Shown piece after piece: positions 57,184 to 64,000 of a DNA stretch of 64,000 nucleotides (position 1 is the stretch's first letter; the number at the start of each line of letters is the position of its first letter). A program made the position numbers and the translations under genes. Origin of the DNA: Oculina patagonica (Eukaryota); the NCBI RefSeq assembly GCF_052425735.1, contig NC_135763.1:14508001-14572000 (forward strand). Reading direction: 5' to 3'. A model generated the notes under the pieces. That model did not search any database. It worked only from the letters and a program-made list of their open reading frames with translations, and was not told the origin of the DNA.

Positions 57184-60100
57184 ATGAAGTCGATTTTCTT
57201 GTGTCTTCTTCTACTTTCCGTAGTGTACGGCTCCTAAATAAGCCTTAAGGACACGACTAAAGATGGAAGTACTCAAGTAAATGTAACAGAAACGGAGAGA
57301 GCGAACAAAGAGACGGTTACCATCGACGTACAGCGCGTTCAAGTGGACCGTGATCAGAATGGCGGCTTTGAAGATGCTAGAATTCTAAAGGTATGCATGT
57401 ACTCCTCGATTTAACTTTACACACAATTAATCAGTGGCTGAAACAAATCTTTGGCTTAAGAAAGAGTTCACTATTGCCTATAACGAAGACATTGGTTAAA
57501 TTATAGTGTTCCCGTGTGGCTGAAGCTTAAAATTTAAAGTTTGATATTTCCGCACATTTCTGCATATTGAACATGACGTAGCATTCGCAATTAAGATTCT
57601 TCTGACCAAGTAATGGACTTTGCCCAAAAGTCAATCGTATCCTTCACTAGATAATATAAAATGTAAAACCGTCAGAAATCGCGTGATTGTGCTTTAGAGT
57701 AACCAAAGATGGCGACAAAGGCTCATGTTACGAAAGTAGTGCACTGGAGTTCCGTGTTTCGTGCCATACGTCTCGAACTCAAGCCTATATTGTTTATGCC
57801 GATCATTCATTCTACGTTAGAAAGCAAAATTTAAAAATCCTTAAATATTATATTCAAATGAAAGACCATTTTGATCAAAGGATTGCTGTGGAAATACATG
57901 TACTCGCTAGTTTTATAGTTTGTTTTTCACAGTAAATTGTTTTGTGTCATTCAAGGCACTTGCCACCATCTGGTGAATTCTCTAGGTAGTTTGCCCCAAA
58001 TGTTTAGTCAGTTTGTCCTTATTTAAGTCTGTTTTGCCTTACGAAAATCTTGTTGCCCGCATTTTCACCAAAATGTACATTTTTTTCCAATGTTTTATCT
58101 GCATCCTTTCTTGCGTGGGACTCGCAAGTTTGCTTGTCCTTTTATGGAGCAGCTGCTATACTTTTTTAACTTGCTTGATTCCTCCTTGAGTAGCTTAATG
58201 CATTTACTCAAGAATTCACTACAAAGTGTTGTTTTTTTTAACACCAAATCGTTAATGCAATGTAATGCTTTTTTTTGTACATGTACGTGTAGTGTATGAT
58301 GTATTGGGGTTTACAGACTGTTTTCTACTTCCAGGACTATTTGTATATCATAGTTACTAAATTAATACCAAGTGTCGTCTCTGACACTTCCTGTTGTGAG
58401 GAACAACTTCCTTAGAATCTACAGTGTACCAGTGATGATTCATGAAATAATATCTCAGTTTTTTAAGGGCAGCATTTGAAGATGAAAAAAATCCCACTTT
58501 TCCAGTTTTGGGGACAACCAACAAATATAAAAGAGCCTTTGTGTATAAACTAAACTTTGCCTTGCATGTACATGTATATTGCTCTTTTAATTTGTCCAAA
58601 ATGGCAACTACTGTACACAACATAGTGTTCTTGGTATAATTATAAAGAGCTGGATTATAACTCTCTATGTACATGTACTGTAGTATACCAAGCAGATCAG
58701 GTAGTAGTTTTTTTTTTTCTAAAAAAAAAATGAGTTCATTGTGAAAAGGAAAAATCTACAGGAAAGTAATAACGAAGAAATGGAAAACACCTGTTAAGGA
58801 TTTGCATGGCGGCAAAACAAGTGATCTTCAGATTGGTTTCACCTGCAAATTCTGTTCAAAGCAATCCTTGAACAAAGGAGTTTCTTGCAATTTTCAACTC
58901 CAGCAAAGAAATATAAATGTTGCTATTATTTTGATCATTGGTCAGTTTTGAATACTTTCTGTTCACTTAAATCAACTGCATGTTCTGCTGATTTGTGTTC
59001 AATCTCCATGTTTAAAGAACTTCACTTAAAAACACCTGATATGCTAATTGAAAAGGTTGTTTTCCCTGCAGGTAAACATCAGAGTCAGTGTTATTGATGG
59101 TGTGGTGCACGTAAACAACTCCAAGGCCATACACCAGGCAGTGACAACGTTCCATTTCTTTGCAGAAATTGGTGAGACACTCTTTTTTGGTCACAATAGT
59201 TAGAAACCAACTTTACTCTCTTGTTGTTATCATTAACTACCACTGGCTGTAGGACATGTTTGAAAAGCCCTACCAAGTCACCCAAACCCACCAACCACTT
59301 TAAGGCATAGTACCTTATATACCTTCCCCCTCAACCTGATCATTTGAATGTATCTTTTGCAGATGAAATTGGCAAGAACAAAGAGGTACTGCAACACATG
59401 ACCAAGGTCCCTATTGTGATCAGGGTGTTGGTGACTGAGTCGCAACAGACTACAAATGAGGGAATTTTCAAAGTGCTGCGCGTAGAGGAGGAAATCATCG
59501 AGGTGGACCACAAGGTTGTGAAGCAGATAAAAGTGACCCAATTGGTGATGAAACTGGATTCTGCCAACAACGAGCTGATTGCCAAGCGCGAAATTACAGC
59601 CATTGAGCTGAAAGATTCCAAAATTCACAACATGCCCCATGAAAAAGACACTCACAAATATCCAGATGGTAGGAAGCAGTTGTTTTTCTTATTTATTGTT
59701 TTAAGTTCGTTTTCAAGTACTACAGCTGTAGTTGTTTATTTTTAAAATTTGATCCACTGCAAGAAATTGAGTGCCCCAAAGGTGTACAGGTCTGTAGCAT
59801 ATACAATGCAACTGTAGTGATAAAATAATTTTTTCTTAGCCCGGTGCTGTGTTTACACAAACAAGGTTTCAAATTAGCCACAGTTATTTGCCCCAGTGCA
59901 GGAGTTACTTAATTTCCCGAAAATGGAACAGGCATATTTTGCGTCACTTAAATTTCGCGATTTTTGAATCATTCAGTGGTTTACTAAATAAAAATTTTTG
60001 CTTTTAGGTCACCTGCCTGATAAACCATACAGTGACAATTCCGGACGCAAGCCAGCACAGCTGCCAGACCATCCTTACAAAGCTGACACGGTATTTGTAA

Positions 60101-61011
60101 AATCTTTTGTTCAATATTAAGTTTTCAAAATCGTACGAGTTGTGAAGATCTATTGTTTGTTCAAGGAAGGGCCACCACTAGAAAAAAAAAACATTTTATT
60201 AATCTGAGATACAGTTAAGACTCATGTATGAGCCACACTCGTATATAAGCTGCACCAACCTTGAAGCTTGATTTTGAGAAAAATGAAAAAACTTTAAAAA
60301 AAGCACTGACGTAAAGAAGTAGTTGTTTGTTGGTACAGATATTAAAGCTTGGCCATTGAAAGCTAATGCTGTGTATTTCCTACAAGCGGAGTGCATTTAA
60401 TCAACTCTAAAATACCCTTTACAAGCTTCTCTTCAATTGAAACCCCAATATCTTTCAAAAAAGATGTTCTTTTGATGAGATACATGTATTGGCTTTATTG
60501 CTTAAGTCCATTGTGGAAAACGGTGAAATTTGAATGGAAATAGTACAAGCACAACAAATTGAGAACGACGCAAAACAATTGCTTAGTAACCACACAGTCA
60601 TTTTAAGAGAGAAGTCTGGGTCGCGTCACGTTTGATCAGTGATCGGTAAACAACATGGAGTTTTTACACGAGTTTTTACAGTACCGGTATATTTTTTTGA
60701 ACTTAGGACTGAAAAAAGCTCACATCCTTCTGTTCTGCTTGTTTTTCTTGTAGTCCAAGCATGGATTCTGCTCAAAGTTCTACAAGTTGCCATTTGCTGC
60801 TCGCATGGCAGTTTTTGCCGTCGTGGCCCTGATCGGCATTGCCACGTTTAGCTGCTGTTTGTGGGTGTTCTGCTGCAAGCCGCCAGCCTCAGGCAAGAAG
60901 ATTGACCTGAAGGACTTTGAGGACAAGTTTGAATATGACGGCGAGTTTGAAGCGCCAGCTCTGGAGCAGAAGCTTCCTATTGAGAAGCAGAAGTTGGTCA
61001 TTGATGCTTGA
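57184..61011 (+). CDS. Orphan type I membrane protein (signal peptide, beta-rich luminal domain, TM, acidic tail); exons 57184-57390, 59072-59171, 59363-59668, 60008-60090, 60753-61011; in-frame TAA at codon 18
   Basis: MKSIFLCLLLLSVVYGS*ISLKD..; all four introns GT-AG with consistent phases; TM MAVFAVVALIGIATFSCCLWVFCC; tail ..EYDGEF..IEKQKLVIDA*. Confidence 0.75.
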
Positions 61012-63488
61012 AAATACTTAATCCAAGAATTGCTTGTTAAAAGTTAGATGAGTTTGTCTTTTTTGTAATTAATAATGAGTTGCACTAGTTGTTTGTCTGA
61101 CTTAGTAAGACATGAGTACAAAGTAGATGTACTGTATGTAGCTGTACTGGGGATTGGTTATCTACTGTATGTATACTGTATGTACATGTATTGATGATTA
61201 GTGCTTTTGATTCTGGATCAAGGGTTCCAGATTAATATCTGGCCAGGGTCACTATGCTGTGTTCTTGGAAAAGACACTTTACTCTCACAGTTTGTGTGAG
61301 TGCGTGTGGGAGGGGAGGGTGTGGGGTGTTAGAGGTCAGTCATTTTGTGTTACAGAAGCAAAGCTACTTGTAAATGCTGGTCTAATCAGATCCATTGTAT
61401 GATGCTTTAATGTATAAAATCTGACCCATATATTCAGACATTTGGGTGGATGGTTATCTTAGTTCATCTTGATGTCTACGTATTTGATATGGTGTCTTTT
61501 GGCTACAGGTGTATGTATGTTGGCCAGTGTGTTTGGATGGGTTCTGAACCTTTCACTCAGGAACCAATTGCAATCCATTTGTAGTCATTCTTGGTACACA
61601 GTTGCATGGCTACCATTTGTCTGAAAGTGATAGAGAACAGTAAGCCAATCAGAATTCAAAGAAAACAAATTTGCAACCGGTAGTGAGTGTGGGAAATCTT
61701 CTTACACCGGCTTTTAGTGTTACTTGCATAGCTACAGGTATCTTTCTACATCCATCTTCCGACATCATCTTTCGACATGCTGTTTGAAATGAGCCAATCA
61801 AAACTGATACATACTGGTGTTGGTTTCATGCAAATGAGCACACAAGGTCAGAAGATCATGCTAGTGGACTGTGATTGGCGGATTTCGATCCATGTTTGTT
61901 TAGCATGTCGAAAGATTGATGTCGATAGAGAGCCGCTATGCATGTAGCACTGAAAGCGGGTGTAAGCCAATCACTGTAGGTTTGAGTCTTGCTTGTGATT
62001 GGCTGAATATGGAAATACTTCTAGTCTGATTCATTAAAGCATGTTGCACGTCAATCATACAGCTTTACTTAGCGAACACAACGTTGAAGATTTTTCGAAA
62101 AGTGCCCCAAGTGTGTGATTTGATCTTTTTTCCTACTGTGTCAGACAAACAACAAGTTGAACAGTATTTGTAATGTATTTTATTTAAAAGGTGCACTTCA
62201 TAGCAATGTTAATTCAGCCAAAGCTGGATATTGACTGCTTACTTTAAACTTACTATTTTATGAAAGCGACAGATAGTGAAGTAGTGCGTATGGGATTCTA
62301 TTTTCCTATCATTGTATTATTTCTTTATTCTTTTTTTTAATTAGACAAGCATAATAATTTTAATTGTTTTGTGTAAGACATGAATACACTGTAGTTTATC
62401 CAGTCGCTGTTGCCTTTTACACAAAGTCTGTAATGGAAATAAGTAATGGCTTTTATTGTCGTTTGTATATAAAGATGTAAACACTTGTTCTGAAATAAAC
62501 GTGCATAGCATTCCTGGAAAACGAATTTTTTTATTTATTTTTATTTTACTTTTTTTACTATAGCTATAGACCAAGGCGGGCGCGTGGAGCCGGGGGAGAG
62601 AGGCAGGAGGGGGCAGAAGCCGCCTATGAAGAGGTCTATTTTATCCAATGTTAGGACCAATGTTCCCTGTGGTTGAAATTTATCTTTTGAATTTTTTACC
62701 CTGGTCGTAACCCCGTGGGGGATTCCCTGATGGACTGTGTGGGATGGAACACAGGGGGCCAAGCCAGAACAGTTGAGAACACAGAAGAGCAAAATAAATG
62801 TCCCGCCCCATTTCACACTTGGCCAATCATGGCCATGAGAAATCACTCCCCGCTGTTGCAGAAACAAAACATGAAGGTCGTAAGCTTCACGTGTAGCCAT
62901 GTGAATGTAATACGACATCGAGGCGCCGCGCTAGCGAAAAAAATTGCGTTTTCAAGAAAATTCGAAATGGCGAGAAAAATTGAAAATCAAAGCGCTCGCT
63001 TGTTTTAACAGCTGACTGCTGTATTGGCGCTGTTGGACTGTTGAACGAGGACAAGCGTAGAAAATCAATTAATTCAAGGATAGCCCTAATTTAAAACATC
63101 GCAGTTAAGCGGCAAACTAAACGATTATTTAAGATTAAACCATCTAAATTTTACGGACCAAAATTTCGCAGCCATGCCAATGTTCGTTTAGTTGCAGGTA
63201 TTCGCGCGGCTCCCTTATAAGGATGTGATTGATAGGACATCGCACAGGTGCCAAGAAGGAAGCCATTCATCTGCACACACCACTGCGCACGCGATCAGCG
63301 CATCGCTTATGCCCTTCTCTGCTCTATTGTTTGAATTGTGTTCTTCGAACGCGCTAACGACCTGCTAAAACAAAATATTGTGACTTGAAAAAGCTTCTAA
63401 GAAGATGATCTCGCAGTCGAAAAGGGAATAATCGCCGAAATTCTGGAATTATTTTTTGTGCGCCGCTTGTCTGATGGGTTAGAGAGCT

Positions 63489-63902
63489 ATGGAGGAAGTG
63501 CTGTCTAATCTAGCTCACGATGCCACGTCAAGTAAAGCGAAGTCCCTGCGAGACGCGTGTATTTCAGCCACGGGTAAGCTACGTACAATTTGAAGAAAAC
63601 CGCGAGCGATTCGCTAGGAGAAACTGCTCATGAATTTGGTTTTGACATTTTTTAGATGGATTGTTTATTAGCCGAAATGGAACGCGAAAAGTCCAGCCCC
63701 ACGAGCTCAGGTAAGCGCGAAAAGTCCTTCTGCCGCTCGGCTCTGCTTCAACGGGTAGGAAAGTGGACACCAATGTAGGATCAAATTGCGTGTTAATATA
63801 ATTGGCTGTTCTTTTCACAGGGAAAAGTGCTTCCTGCCGCTTAAACTGGCGTTGGAGTCTAGATCAAGCAAACTCTCGCTTCATGCTGTAAATGGATTAC
63901 AG
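63489..63902 (+). CDS. ARFGEF3: Brefeldin A-inhibited GEF 3 (BIG3), first three exons (63489-63572, 63656-63710, 63821-63902, approx.); continues beyond the window
   Basis: MEEVLSNLAHDATSSKAKSLRDACISAT/DGL..KVQPHELR/EKCFLPLKLALESRSSKLSLHAVNGLQ matches the BIG3 N-terminus (MEEIL..LREKCLLPLQLALES) as I recall it. Confidence 0.85.
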
Positions 63903-64000
63903 GTTAGTGGCTGTGCAGTATTTTTTCGCTGCCGATTTTGTAGAAAGATTTATTTTTTGCACGGTCAATGGATGGATAGAGCTGATTAATTAATGAGCGA

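Noticed and set aside
57235-57237. Selenocysteine or alternative genetic code
   Set aside because: The codon is TAA, not TGA, and TAA terminates DPY19L3 at its expected C-terminus.
62541-63010. ncRNA or small gene upstream of ARFGEF3
   Set aside because: No snRNA, snoRNA or SRP motifs recognised, and the ORFs lack features.

Overview
AT-rich, intron-containing animal genomic DNA. The SINE/MITE repertoire and gene content suggest a cnidarian, probably a stony coral (inference). Hand-spliced conserved genes: CCDC174 (-, 11 exons), DPY19L3-like C-mannosyltransferase (-, about 15 exons), FDX1/adrenodoxin (-, 4 exons) and the 5' end of ARFGEF3/BIG3 (+). Also present are two intronless NAT16/histidine-N-acetyltransferase-like GNAT genes in divergent orientation plus a truncated third copy, a rhodopsin-class peptide-receptor-like GPCR with one frameshift, and two 5-exon orphan membrane-protein genes. 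One orphan has 11/22-residue Trp-periodic amphipathic repeats. Both carry an in-frame TAA directly after a signal-peptide-like '...GS'. Mobile DNA includes AcademH-type elements with RecQ-helicase relics and 9-bp TSDs (one ends 77 bp upstream of the CCDC174 start codon), a decayed PIF1-helicase ORF split by nested insertions, hAT and LINE fragments, tRNA-derived SINEs, many MITEs and an 82-bp minisatellite. There is one assembly gap and several stretches that look error-prone. Splice coordinates were read by eye and may be off by a few bases.
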